Shown here piece by piece: positions 1 through 13,131 of a stretch of 64,000 bases of DNA; the stretch's first letter is position 1; each line of letters starts with the position of its first letter. The notes beneath the pieces are model-generated. The model did no database searches. It saw only the letters and a program-made list of their open reading frames with translations, and had not been told where the DNA came from. Where the stretch lies: NCBI GenBank assembly GCA_030265395.1, contig JARFYF010000059.1:21634135-21698134 (forward strand), written 5' to 3'. A program made the translations under genes and the position numbers. This DNA is from Rhina ancylostomus (lineage: Eukaryota).

Positions 1-131
1 GGAGCACCTGGAGGAAACCCACACAGACACGGGAAGAATGTACAAACTCCTTACAGATAGCGGCCAGAATTAAACCTGGGTCGCTGGCGCTGTAAAGCGT
101 TATGCTAAACGCGACACTACTGTACCTGCCC
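1..131 (-). mobile_element. HE1-type V-SINE, 5' part (tRNA head plus V-domain), cut by the window edge
   Basis: Reverse complement GGGCAGGTACAGTAGTGTCGCGTTTAGCATAACGCTTTACAGCGCCAGCGACCCAGGTTTAATTC...GGAGTTTGTACATTCTTCCCGTGTCTGTGTGGGTTTCCTCCAGGTGCTCC. Confidence 0.85.
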
Positions 132-165
132 TGAGGGTATGCACCGAGAGTTAAACCGTAACATC

Positions 166-296
166 CTGGAGGAACTCGGCAGGTCAGGCAGTATATGTGG
201 AGGGAAATCGACAGTCGATGTTTCAGGTTGGGACCCTTCATACCAACTATCCATTTCCCTCCACAGATGTTGCCTGACCCGCCAAGTTCTACACAG
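166..296. mobile_element. Inverted pair of Penelope-like terminal-repeat fragments
   Basis: Arms 166-217 and 244-296 are reverse complements of the TTTCCCTCCACAGATGCTGCCTGACCTGCTGAGTT motif. A third plus copy lies at about 343-455. Confidence 0.65.
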
Positions 297-804
297 TGGA
301 TCTCCACCTTCTCTCCTACTGAAACAAACTTCTCTTTTTCTCAGTTCTAACGTGGGGCAGTGGTGAGGGTGTCTATAGACCTGAAACCTTGATTGTTCCT
401 CTTTCCACAGATGATGCCTGACCTGCTGGGTATTTCCATTGTTTTCTTTTTCTGTTTGTATTACTCTGGTACATGGGAACTTGCCCTGCACAAAATTGGG
501 TTCTCCATTTCCTGCAGTTCAGCAGTGATTATAGTTAAACTATAAGCTTTTGACGGCAACAATAACTGTGATGAATATAATGATCAGTGGTTTCAAAAGC
601 TCCACTGTGGACACAAATGCTGTAAGCAAGGCTGCAGAACTGCAGACAGGCTGGCATCATCACCCAACAGGTCTTGCAGTTTTGCTACTTGTGGCAGATT
701 CTGTCTTTCCAGAATTGGTTTCTTTCATCATCACCAAGCAAAGCTGCAAACTGGATGCCCATCGCTTAGATGGAAAGAAAATGTCAACCAACACTTCAAA
801 AGTT

Positions 805-913
805 TCCTTCCTTCCATCCCCCCTCACCCCTCCTTCCGTCTCACTTCTCTTCTTACCCTCTCCTCCCTCTCTTGTCTTCTCTCCTCCCCTCCTCCCTCCC
901 GCTCCTCGACCCC
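805..913. repeat. CT-rich low-complexity tract abutting the N gap 914-1214
   Basis: Runs of cctc/ctcc. Confidence 0.85.
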
Positions 914-1589
914 NNNNNNNNNNNNNNNNNNNNNNNNNNNNNNNNNNNNNNNNNNNNNNNNNNNNNNNNNNNNNNNNNNNNNNNNNNNNNNNNNNNNNNN
1001 NNNNNNNNNNNNNNNNNNNNNNNNNNNNNNNNNNNNNNNNNNNNNNNNNNNNNNNNNNNNNNNNNNNNNNNNNNNNNNNNNNNNNNNNNNNNNNNNNNNN
1101 NNNNNNNNNNNNNNNNNNNNNNNNNNNNNNNNNNNNNNNNNNNNNNNNNNNNNNNNNNNNNNNNNNNNNNNNNNNNNNNNNNNNNNNNNNNNNNNNNNNN
1201 NNNNNNNNNNNNNNCTTATTCAGTATCAAAGTTCAAAATGAACATTTTATTAGGATGCTTTATTACTGTAGTAACACTTATTGTTCCTGCTGTCACATTA
1301 AATCTGTCAACACCAGGATTCCATATCACTGAATGGGGCTGTTTCACAGTACAGGGAACCTGTTCAGCCAGATACTCCCTGTTGTATTGCCTGGTTTCAT
1401 CCAATAGGCACAGGTCTAGTCTGCAAGGGCAGACTAATTTAAGGGTTAAAAAGACTTAATTGGCTTTTGTCCACATGTGGTTTTTAAATTTCTAAAAACC
1501 ATTTGCAACTGCTTAGGTATTTCTTCAACTTAATCCAGTTGATTTGTGGTGCTAGTTTTACACAGCAAATTAACACAAATACAAACCAA

Positions 1590-1835
1590 AAGGAAACAAG
1601 TAAAATTGTTTTGGGGAAGGGCTGAATCAGGATCCACAAGGAGAACCCTCCTGCTTTTCACCTGTTCCCTAGGATCTTTTTTTATCTATTTTAGAGGTTG
1701 GGCAGTGTTTTGGTTTAACACAACACTTCTCTTGTTGGTGAGTCAGCCTGGATTTAGTGGTTTTGCCTCAAGGGTGGGACCTGGATTCACAAGCTCCTCA
1801 TTCAGAGATGTGAGGGCAGCCATAAAGCCAAGACT
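1590..1835 (-). mobile_element. Decayed DeuSINE (SacSINE1-like)
   Basis: Reverse complement has the CTTGGCTT...CTCTGAATGAGG...GGTCCCACCC tRNA-like head, AGGCTGAC and AAAAGATCCTAGG...AGCAGGAGGGTTCTCC Deu-domain motifs. Confidence 0.6.
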
Positions 1836-2084
1836 GGTATTAAAAGTTGTTGTATAAGCAGAATGTCAGTGGAGCTACAAAACACATGCCACACAGTGAT
1901 ATTTGTGCTAATGCTGAATAAAAACAAATAAAATTTTGGGAAGCAGAAAAACTTCAAAAACCTTTCCCCAGTTAATATCCTAAGGCATAATATAATTTGG
2001 CAGAAAGTGAAACTCAAGAATTCATCACCAGCAAAAGCAGTTTTTGCAGTCTAAACTGTGAGAAAATATAACTGATGAGTATTT

Positions 2085-2915
2085 TTTAATGTGTGCAAGT
2101 CTGTACCAGTGAGGTGACTCATGCTGGTATTCCTGACTGTGTATTTGTGTATCTATGCCTGGAACTCTGTGTCTGTGTGTATGCGCAGATACATCAGTGT
2201 ATATCTATTTTGTGTGTGTTCAGAGTATTTGTGCTTCTCTATATGTTGTGTTTGTGTTAGCACATATGTGTGTCTTAAGTTTACATGGCTTTTGCATATA
2301 TATGCAGCTGTGTGGAAATGTGTGTGTTTGTGTTTTGTGTGAAGTGTATATGTGTGGCGACACTTGTGGGCTGCCACCAGAACACTACGCAAAAGATACA
2401 TTTCACTGTGTGTTTCGATGTACATGTGACTAATAAAGAAATCTTATCTTATTTGCATGGGTGCCTATATATCCACATGCTTGAGACTGTAAGCATAATT
2501 AAATATGTGCATGTTTTCCATGTTTGATTATGTATGTGCATATGTGTACATGCAGTTGCCTATGTAATTGTTCATGTGCACCTGAATGCACATGGGTGTC
2601 TGTATGTGCATATTTGTGGTTGATTGTATGTGGTGTTTCAGCATGTATTTGTGCATGTGTTGCATTTGAGCATGTTTGCATTTGTGTTTTGTGCACTTGT
2701 GTGTGTGTGTGTGTGTTGTCTAGGCATGTGTGCATGTAGTTTGTATGTCTGTGTGTTTGTGTTGTTTCAGTTTGTTGTTTAAGCATGTTTGTGTTTCAAT
2801 GTCCTTGTGTGTGCATGCATTTCTGTGTATAGTGTTGTATATAAATTGTGAACGTGTCTATATGTACATGCATGCACATGTATATGTCTCTGTATGAATT
2901 TGTGCATGCATGTCT
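2085..2915. repeat. Degenerate (TG/CA)n-rich microsatellite region
   Basis: Long gtgt/gtat/gcat tract that produces spurious Cys/Val and His/Thr ORFs. Confidence 0.9.
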
Positions 2916-2921
2916 ATTTTA

Positions 2922-3148
2922 TGAAAATCAGAAAAAACTGCAGGTACTGGAAATCAGAAACAAAAACAAAAAAACTCTACCAAAGAACTGAATTCTAGAG
3001 GTGAGGTAAGAGTGATTTGCCCTTGATACCTAGATTCTTCAACCTGAAGCATTAACTCTGTTTTCACAGATGCTGTGTGACATGAGTGTTTCCAGAATTT
3101 TCTGTTTTTATTTCAGATTTCCAGCATCTGCAGTTTTTTGATATTCAG
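2922..3148. mobile_element. Short element with inverted Penelope-like termini
   Basis: Left aaaaaactgcaggtactggaaatcagaaacaaaaac pairs with right tctgtttttatttcagatttccagcatctgcagtttttt. Internal cacagatgctg motif. Confidence 0.65.
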
Positions 3149-3159
3149 TAAAAATACCC

Positions 3160-4450
3160 TATCAAATTAATTAGACATAATTTGCCTTTAACAAATTCAT
3201 GCTGGCTTTCTCTAATCAGTCTCTGACTAACTACTAATTCTGTGCTGACCATTGTTTCATCACCACTGAGATTGAATTCACTGATCTGTAATTATTGGAT
3301 TTGTACCTACACCCTTTTTTGATCAAGGTTGTAAGACTTGCAGTTTCCCCAGTACTCAGGTTCCGCCCTTGAACCAATAGGTGTTATATGACTATGGCCA
3401 GGGCTTCTACAAGTTCCTCCCTTACTTCCGTCACCAACCTTGGATGTATCTCATCTGGATCAGGTGATTTATCCATTTTAAGTGCATCTAGCTTTTCTAG
3501 TACTTCCTCTTTATTCATTTTTATCCCATTCAGTATCTCAACTACATCTTCCTTTGCTAAGACAGCACCAACATCATCTTTTTTGATGAAGACAGATGTA
3601 AACTTCATCCATACACTATGCCTCCATGAATAAATTATAATTTTTTGGGTTTCTGATGGACTTCACCTTTCATCCTAGAATCATTCTCTCATATCAATAG
3701 AAAACATGTGCAATCTCTTTTATGTTTACTGCCAGTCTGTTCCCTTGCTTGCTCTTTGCCTCATTATTACCTTTAATTTTCTCCCTGAACTTTAGTCAGT
3801 CAAATTCTTCTACTCCATTTTACTCTCTATCTATGTATTATCCATGGAGCTCTGGTTTTAATTTTCCCTTTCCATCACTATCAGGGAAATGTATCCAGAC
3901 TGAGACTGAAACACCTCCAATTTAAAGGCCTTCCTATGTTCAGTTAGTTTTCCATACCTAACTTAGATTCCAGTTAACCCACACAAAATTAATATCATCC
4001 TATTAAAATTGTCTCTTCTTCAATTGACAATTTTTAACCATGGAGTGGTCTTTATCCATTTCCAGGGCAATTTTAAATTTTACATTATTGTGATCACTAT
4101 TTCCTAGATGTTCCATCACTGGTACTTGCTTTGCTTGGTGTGACCCATTTCCCAGAACCGAGCCCAGCAATGCTGCCTCTCTCAGGAGGCCAGATCAAAA
4201 AAGTTTTCCTGAAAACACTTAAGAAACTTCTCCTCTTCTTTGCTTCTTATGTTACTGCTATCCCAGTTTAAATTTGGACAGTTAAGTCTCTTACAATCAG
4301 TCTTCCATGGCTTTACACAGCTCTGCAATTTCTTTGCAAACTTGCTCCTCTATACCTTTCCCACTAATTGTCAACCTATGGAATAATCCTATTAGTGTAA
4401 TCACTCTTAACTCTCAACAGGATCTATCCTTAATCATTCTCCCTCTTCAG
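3160..4450 (-). mobile_element. CR1-clade LINE ORF2 fragment (degenerate)
   Basis: FTSVF...EVLEKLDALKMDKSPDPDEIHPRL resembles the CR1 KSPGPDGIHPR motif. Endonuclease-region remnants upstream. Confidence 0.85.
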
Positions 4451-5049
4451 CACTGCAATATTTTCCCATATTCAGGAATATCTGAAATCCATTGCTGCTC
4501 TTAATGAGAGTGCTGCACACAGTATTATCTTCATCTGTTGTTGCTGTTAATACATAAACCCTTGTGCAATCAGTAACATACAAGCATCGAAAAACAGATA
4601 CCAAGGAGTCAGAGCACTCACTGTACCTTTGCCTTCAGAGGTAGTTTGAACTAGATCCGAGTTCACTATTTGGACGTTCCATAACTTCTCTCTGAAGTAC
4701 TTTGAGATTCCTACCTTACTGTATCCTTTAGGGTACTCATTGTTCTTGTTGGCATTCAAAGGCTTAAGTCTCCAACTGGCAGGACACTGGTTAGCATGTT
4801 TGTATGAAAAGTTCTTTTGTTAACACAGTTGTCAGCCCACTTTTTAAACAAAGTCACAAATTGTCAAAATAATGCACAAAGGAAGTTTATGTGGAACATA
4901 ATAACCTGTCCACCAGCAGGGTAAATAACTTCGCACAGCTTTGGAATGATCATGCTCTGTTGGAGAATGAAAACAAGATGACAGCCAAAATAATAAAACA
5001 TTTATCAATGATCCAGACACATCTGACCACCTAGACAAGTTACCTTACA

Positions 5050-5460
5050 AGGAAAGAAAGCTTTGCATTTACATTGTTCCTTATTATGTCTTGCAGGAAC
5101 ACCCTTAGGTGGAATTGCCTTTAAGTACAGTCAGCATTGTTTTATATATACAAATATCGCAACCATTTGCTCTTTAAGTGGCAAAGAGATAAATGATTAG
5201 ACAGACTGGGTTTTTATTTGGTGATGTTTATTGAGGGATAAACCATAGCCAACAGGCTGGAGAAAACTTCCCTGCTCTTCTTCAAATTAGCCAGGGGGTC
5301 TTGAGGGCAGAATACTCCTCAGTTCAAGGTCAGCTGAAATACAGCATTGCTGATAGTGCAGCACTCCCTTGCCACTACAGTGGAGTGTCAACTTAGAAAA
5401 TGTGCTTGAGTTCCAGGAGTGGGATTTCAACCCATGACCTTCTCAGGGCAGGGTGCCACT
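5050..5460 (-). mobile_element. Near full-length DeuSINE (SacSINE1-like)
   Basis: Reverse complement: GGTCATGGGTTGAAATCCCACTCC head, GACACTCCACTGTAGTGGCAAGGGAGTGCTGCACT, TTTGAAGAAGAGCAGGGAAGTTTTCTCC, AAATGCAAAGCTTTCTTT tail. Confidence 0.8.
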
Positions 5461-5869
5461 CCTGGATAGTTTTATGGATGGTTGCTGAGTTGATCCAATG
5501 ATTAGCAGAGTCATTCAGACTAGACATTCCTTGAGATGATCCCCGTTCTCTGCTTTACCTTATCTTAGCATGAATGACCGAAGGTCTGAAAGAGCACCAT
5601 TCTCATTCATGACAAAATGGCTGAGCCAGAAAAATATTGGTTTGTACAATACTCCAGAGACATTGTCATAGGTAACACCTTTAAGATGGAACATTAGCCC
5701 AAAGTACTACCAGTATCTTGGACACTACAAGAAGCATAGAAGAGTAGATTTCACTGATCTCCCACACAAATTCTGTTCCTCAACATTATCACTGAAATGG
5801 AATGTCAGTTCATTATCTGATTGTCTCAAGAGCAGGAGAATCTTCAAGAAAATGGTAACACTCGGCCAC

Positions 5870-6395
5870 ATAATGAGATATTATGAGAAGTGAAGGCGAG
5901 ATGGGTAGAGAGGTTCAGGAAGAGTATGCTTAACTGCTGAAGTCATGGCAAACACTGCTGGGATATGCTGGAGGGCCAGTGTTGAGAGCACCATTATTTT
6001 AGAAGGTTACAGAGCTGAAGGCGGTTAGATAGACAAGGAGGGTAGTCACAGAGGGTTTGGAAGACAAAGGTGAGCATTTAAAATTGAGGAGCTGCCAGAC
6101 CAGAAGCTGATTTAGGTCATCGAGCCCAGAGAAAATAGCTGACCTGGACTTGTAAATTAAGATATAGCTACCAAGAAGCTCTGGATGAGCTCAAATTTAT
6201 GAAGATGTGGAGATGTGAGCCTGACCAGGGGAGCAGTGAAATAGGAAAATAAAGGCATGGAGGAAGCAAGCAGATGAGCTGAGACAACAAGGCATCAGTC
6301 CATGCTGTGGAAGAAGCCATGGGCAGCTTTGGTGATGGAGCAGATACTTGGTCAGAAACTTATCACAGCATCAAACAAAATATTGTGAACAGTAG
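5870..6395 (-). mobile_element. L2-like LINE 3' fragment
   Basis: Shares motifs with the L2 copies at 56950-57620 and 58525-59770. Confidence 0.6.
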
Positions 6396-7275
6396 NNNNN
6401 NNNNNNNNNNNNNNNNNNNNNNNNNNNNNNNNNNNNNNNNNNNNNNNNNNNNNNNNNNNNNNNNNNNNNNNNNNNNNNNNNNNNNNNNNNNNNNNNNNNN
6501 NNNNNNNNNNNNNNNNNNNNNNNNNNNNNNNNNNNNNNNNNNNNNNNNNNNNNNNNNNNNNNNNNNNNNNNNNNNNNNNNNNNNNNNNNNNNNNNNNNNN
6601 NNNNNNNNNNNNNNNNNNNNNNNNNNNNNNNNNNNNNNNNNNNNNNCTCTGTGGAAATAACAGTAAAGGAGGATTTAGATGTTTCTTAGTCTACATGAAT
6701 TATCAGTGATTCCTTCAAGTTGGAAGAGATCAGGATTTGGCCCAACTGCGATATCCCAATTCTTCATGCATGCATCTTGATGAGTGGGGTTGGGGTTCTG
6801 GATTCCAATTAGAAAGGGGAACGCTTGATTTATTACATTTCCCTTCACGTTATACTCATGGGAGTTGCAAGAAATTGTATCTCCCAATGTTTTCAGGGCA
6901 GATTGAATATCATACAGTCAGACTTTGCTGTTTTGTACTATTCAGGTCCACAATGGTCTGTTCATCTACAGGCATAACAAATGGGAGCAGGATTGGATCT
7001 GTTCTGCCATTCAGAAAGATCATGGCTGATCTGATTTAGGCAATTTTCCTCCTGGATCCTTGCAACCACATAAAACAGAACTACCACTGGAGGTATTGGA
7101 GCTCTTAATGCAAGGCAAGAAAATGGTGATTGGAATCTCTGGTATTAGCATCACATGGCTGGAATATATTTCATACTTCCCCTTAATTTGCTTAATTTCT
7201 TCAGAAACCTCAAGACCAACAATCCAATTGTCATGAAAAACACACTGGAGCCCTTTAATATAAAAAGCACACAGG

Positions 7276-7281
7276 TTTATT
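7276..7281 (-). terminator. Candidate distal polyadenylation signal AATAAA
   Basis: Minus strand GATATGCAATAAACCTGTGTGCTTTTT with a downstream GU/U-rich element. A weaker proximal candidate lies at 12645-12640. Confidence 0.55.
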
Positions 7282-7506
7282 GCATATCAATCTTGTGTAT
7301 AAATTCATTGTAGCATTTCGAAAGATTACATTTGGTATACATTCCTACTCTACATCATTAACATAGGAATCAGATTGGATTTTATTTTCATTACTCCAGG
7401 TACTAACTGTATCACAAGCATCAAAATGAATGGATTTTTTTTCCCTGTGAATCATTTATTTTCATTTCGCTAAACTCTTTCGACTCTCCCACAAGCAAAG
7501 ATTTAT

Positions 7507-7523
7507 GTATACGTGTGCGTGTA

Positions 7524-7580
<57 letters not shown>
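7507..7580. repeat. (GT)n microsatellite
   Basis: Near-perfect GT run with a few gc/ac variants. Confidence 0.95.
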
Positions 7581-7582
<2 letters not shown>

Positions 7583-10069
7583 TTTGTGTTAAACTATTCA
7601 GCTTATTAACAAAGCGCCCCTTTGTGTTTGGGCAATTAAAGACTCCTAACTTTGGACAATGCCTAACCACATATACAAGTAAGTGCATCCCTACAGTATT
7701 TTCATCACGAGAAACACACCAACAGCTAAACACAAGCCATGCACAGCCATTTTTTCAGATTTTTTTGTTGAAGATTTTGTTTTTTTTTAAAACATTTTTA
7801 AGCAATATACAATCCAAACAGAAAGGAAACAAGCACCATCATTGTAATCTTTAAACATCTCTGGTTAATTAATTCTAACCACTTACAATGACTATCTTTT
7901 TTAAACACCATACAGTTTAAAACATGTCAAAACCAAGAAAAAATATGCACAAATGATTTATTGGGAAGCATATGGACAAACCTAGGACATAAATAGAGAT
8001 TGGGGCTTATTTGGGGAGGGAGGAGCAAGGTGGGGGTGACACAGTTTAGCTGTTTCCATCACGTTGAGCCTACCAGGGCTCAAATGACCAAGTGCAAATT
8101 GATAGTACAATTGTATATCGTGTGACCTAGTTGTGAACAACACAACTTGTATCTGCTTCTCACGCTCTAATTTCCAATTTTGACCCTGCAATAGAACTGT
8201 GGTATTTGTCTTATTTTAATCCATTTAAGGTCATCATTCCCCCCCCCCCCCACNNNNNNNNNNNNNNNNNNNNNNNNNNNNNNNNNNNNNNNNNNNNNNN
8301 NNNNNNNNNNNNNNNNNNNNNNNNNNNNNNNNNNNNNNNNNNNNNNNNNNNNNCCATTTAAGGTCATCATTCCCCCCCCCCCCCATACCCCAACTACATT
8401 GGAAAGTAGAGAAAGAATTCAGGTATATGCGTAGATTACATCACTGGGCTTATCTCACTCTCTGTTTTTTCCAGCAATCCTTCATGCAAGGGTAGGCTTC
8501 CTTAGTGCATCAGGTGTAGTGAAATCTTAGGTCTGTTCTTTAAGAACACACAAATGATTCTTGTAGACCTGGTGCTTAGAACAATTTTTCCCCTAAAGAA
8601 TGATGAAGGGTCACTTGATGCATGAGTAGAGGAATTCATTGAACTCCAGGGCAATGGGATACCTATTGTACCCTTACTCACCAACCCCTCCCCCTCCTTC
8701 AGTGCAAGGAATTCACAAGTGCATCTCACTGTGGTTGATATAAACCTGACTCAACAAAGCAGTGAAATTTTCATGCAAAGTTTTCACATCTTCCCTTAGT
8801 GCACCTGTGTCAACAGTACTTCCTGGGATTAACAATATTTTTTAAAAATGAAACATTTAAGTGACATGTTAAAAATCAAGACCAGAAAGGTTCTGACATG
8901 AGATCACAACAAAGTAAAATCTTGAGTGACTAACAAAAATCATGCTGCTTATTAGTAAGCACCTAGATCACTGATGTAATTTAAAGGCAAAATTAATCAA
9001 AGGTTCTTTCTACAGACTGTCTATTAGTGGTGGAACTTTCAGGGAGAGAAACTACCTCCGGCATCCATAGTCTAGAATGAAAGTAATAAATATTAATGAG
9101 AAAGAGACCAGAATGAAACTGAAAGAAGAGATCTCATTTAGGATGATCTTGGAACACGCAGGACATCCTAAATGCAAGTGCAAAACAACAATGGGAGTGA
9201 AACTGGATTTTGGTAATGGGAATGAAAACTGAGAACAGAGTAAATTGTGCTATTGATTAATATAACTCTGTTTCCCACTTTCACTAAAGATAAATGAACC
9301 CACAGAAAAGCAATATGTAACAGGAACTCTGAATTACTGAATCCTTATCATGTATGATTACCATTGTGGCAGGTTTCTCTAATATATCAAGCACAAGTCT
9401 CTTAGATCCAATGCATATTGTTTTAGGGAATTTTGGTCTTTCTTCTTTAAGGCTACCTTTCATTAGCCACCCTCTTTCAAGTGAAAGAATAGGATGTTCT
9501 TCCTTATGTGAGGAGAGGTACAGTCTCCCTGGGATGGCACTTCCAGAACTGTCTGTTGAGACCTTAGCATTGTTGTAAAGCATAAACCTTTGACAGGAAA
9601 GTATTAAGTTCACCTAATTCTCCCATCCTGAAATATCTTTACTGACTTCCACAATGGGGGGGAGCATCTCAGAATCCTAAAGGTATGTCCTTCCATTGAC
9701 CCCTCTCCCCAGTATGAGGAAAGAACCAGGAATGATTGGTTACGAGGGAAGCTGCAGTGGAATGTCAGACTTCTGCAAATATTTTGTCTGGTGCTCTCAC
9801 ATTCTAAGTGCTACTTATCTTCCAATGAAGTTAATAAATAGGGTAGGTGGAGGAATTAAGTGTAAAACCCCAATTGGCTGACCTGCAGCTCCAATTTCCA
9901 ATGGTCAGGAACTTAAACATTAATGAAAACAGATTCTACAATGGTGATCTAAAATATTTCCCAACAACTCTAGGGAGTATTTTTTCTTGGACAGAATATT
10001 TGATCAGGTAGTTTCAAAAGTCTGCTAAGTATGGCTCTTCATTCAGGTAATAGGCCTTAAGGTTGAATG

Positions 10070-10830
10070 AGACCAGCATGGGAAAGAAATTAGGAATAGG
10101 CTACTTAGTCCCTCATGTCCGTTCTGCCTTTCATTGAGATGATGGCTGATGTGTCATCCAACTCTATATACTGGCCTCTCCACATCTCTTAATAGCTTTG
10201 GTTAATAAAAATGCATCAATTTCAGATTTGAAGTCAGGAACTGACAAAGCATAAGTTGCTATTTGAGGAAGAAAGTTCCAATTTTTTTAACATCTGTTGC
10301 ATGTGCAAGTGTTTCCTAACTTCTGGAACACCTGGTGCTCATTTTTAGCCTATTCCTTGTTTACTTGGTCTTTCTGACATGCACATATAGTTTTCTGTTT
10401 ACCCTATCAGTTCCTCTCAGGATTGTGAACAAATCACCCTTCACCTTCTAAATTCCAGGAAAGCTTATCCCAGATTGTGCAATCCCTGCCAGTAATTCCA
10501 GCAAATCTACACTGCACTTCTTCCAAGCTAATATATTCTTCCCAAGGAATGACACTCACAGTATGCCAGGTGGGCCTTGCCAGTGTTTTGTTTAATTGTA
10601 GTATAAATTCTGCCCCAAGAATCCCAGATGTATAGTCAGCTTTTAATTTGCTTTTTTTGTTTTTTCTTTGTACCTTTACATGATATTATAAAGATGAATG
10701 TACATGGGATACAAGTTCCTTTGACTGACCTCAGCTTCAACCTGATCAGTGTTTAGAAAGTACTCAATTCTTTCCTTTTGACGTTCAAAGTAGAAAACCT
10801 CCCATTTGCCTACATTTAAACTCATTTGCT
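10070..10830 (-). mobile_element. Old CR1 LINE 3' fragment inside the putative 3'UTR
   Basis: QMSLNVGKWEVFYF resembles CR1 RT QMxFNxxKCEVxHFG. CR1-like tail near 10090-10170. Confidence 0.7.
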
Positions 10831-10964
10831 CCAGTTTTGTCTCTTTCCTTAATCTATTACTATATCTGTATAATACCATGATTCTCTATATATTGCTTGC
10901 TTTGTGACTAACATATATGGAAATGTGGCCTTCAGTCTCGTAACCAAGTTCTTTTTTAATATGG

Positions 10965-11140
10965 TAAATAGAGGAATGAAGATGAAAATGAGGAATGGAG
11001 GTTGGTATGAGGAATGTAGAAAGGACAGTGAGGATTGATGATGAAAATTGGGATTGAGGATGAAGATTCCAAAGAAGAATAAAAGATGGAATGAGGAATC
11101 GAGGTTGCAATGAGGAAGGATGTTGAAGATTTTGAATGAC
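10965..11140. repeat. Purine-rich (GAG/GAA/GAT) low-complexity tract
   Basis: Recurrent tgagga/gatga units. Confidence 0.7.
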
Positions 11141-13131
11141 CATAAAAATAAGCAGTAGAACCCGAGGACCGGATAGGTCATAAATAGCATCCAGGACCTG
11201 AGAAAACTTGTCAATTTGAGTAAGCACTGAACTTCACTAAGAGGACACCTAGGATTATGACTCACAGAGCTATTATGGAATATAAAATCATTTAACCAGA
11301 AAGAGTTTTGTTTTTAATTGTAAAGACCTCTCCCATAAGCTTAATGGATCTCAGTCAGAACTGGGGTTCGGTTTAGCAAAACTAAAACTGGCCTATGTAC
11401 TCTAGGGTCATGGGAAAATATTTGACTAAAAGTCCTGCTCCTCATCACCATTATCGGAAAGTTTACATGTATGAATATGCCATTTACAGGTTGGGAGAGA
11501 GCCGGCTACATTACTCTCCTATCAATGTTTCCTGCCTGGGCTTGCCCATGAAGAATGACTAATTGGGAGAGACAACAGAGGGCAAACAGTGGCCATGGAG
11601 CCAAATTCTGGTTAGAGCTCTCGGGGTTTTTGTCTCTGGTACATGGATGGAGGTTATCTTCAGTCATTTAGATTTTGAAGTACATTATGAATGTGGACCA
11701 CAGGATCACTTTGAAGTTGACAGAGTGACTGACGTTTTGTTCCATGTACCTTTTGTGCTGACAAGAGCACTTCAGCTATCACTTTACATGCTTCCAGTCA
11801 GAGGCACAGATCTAATTGACTATAGGTGATTGAATAGCTATCTATTTCACAGCCAAGGAAAGAAAAATTGAATATATTTAATTAGCCATAATTAATGTTC
11901 TTACTTGGATTGTTTCAAGGGAAAGATTATAGGTTTTGGCTGTAGGTGTAAGATTCCCACATTTCCATAAAAGGACAGAATTAATGCTTTTTTCCAAAAA
12001 CTGAGATAAAGAGATTCATTGTAAAATTGATCAGAATTTAACCTCTTCAAATACGACCTCTTGAAAATACAAGTCATTCCAACTGAGACTCTATAACACG
12101 AGGCTATACTCACCTCTTGCACAGGTTCTCCTGTGCTGTTGCACAAGGGTGTGCCCACCTCTTGCATGTATACACCTTCCAGCTCTTTGGAAATCACTCA
12201 GAAAGCAGGATTGTCCCCAATGTAGGATCCTTGTGGATTTTTACTTCAAGGAAAGGCAGGTGTGCATCACACCATAAAAAGAAAGTGAAACATGGCAACA
12301 ATAAAAATTAACTGATTGGGAGTGTCATGCTCACAAAGTGCTGGAATTTGTCTAATTACCAATTGTTCAAAAGAGAAAAAAAATATACTTTTTCTCTCCA
12401 AGTTTTTTTCTAAAAAAACATTTACACTGCTGGCTTGCTTCATTACTAAAGAAAAACAGGGGACTTGTGACAACTGTGCAAAGTAGTAACTGCATGGAAT
12501 CTATGTCCTCCTTGACTCCACAGTCTCTGAGAGGAAACAGCAAAGTCACTCAGCACCAAATAGAGTCACTCCAGGGGACAAAAGAAATTGCTGGCTTTTA
12601 CATAAGTATTTACAGGAGCTTTCACAAAGCAAAGGTTTCTTTATTCTTTTAATTTCTCTCTATAATTATTTACCACGGAAACGGCAATTGCTGAGGCCTA
12701 TTTTCCACTTGTTCTTTTCAATCATTTTTTGTAAAAAAAATCAAATCTAACAACAGGATCCATTCTTAAATAAAAATACTGAGTTCAAAAAAAAATCAAA
12801 CCCCTCACCGCCCTCGTCCTCTCAAAGATTTGGCACTTCCACAATGCATGCCACGCAAAAAACATTAATGTAAAAGAAATTCACATTTTTTTGGACTACA
12901 TTATTTTGTTTGAAGTGGGGCGTCTGCGAGGAAATCGTCTAAGGAATAAATAGTGAGGACATAAACACTAGTGGACAGGAAGAAATTCAATAAAGCCTAC
13001 AACTAAATAAAATAAACAATAAAAACAAAATTTGATTGTCTGGGAATCGGCAACTAGAAGGACAACCTATGTTATTTGGCACAAGCAACTCTCCCTATTT
13101 GACAGTTATTGTACAACATCATTACATAACT

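Noticed and set aside
550-1459. Long ORFs of 189-260 aa
   Set aside because: They stay open only because they cross N gaps and a CT-rich tract; the same holds for the other X-containing ORFs.
2121-2786. Cys/Val-rich and His/Thr-rich ORFs (also 7503-7854 and 20522-20931)
   Set aside because: Translations of TG/CA microsatellites.
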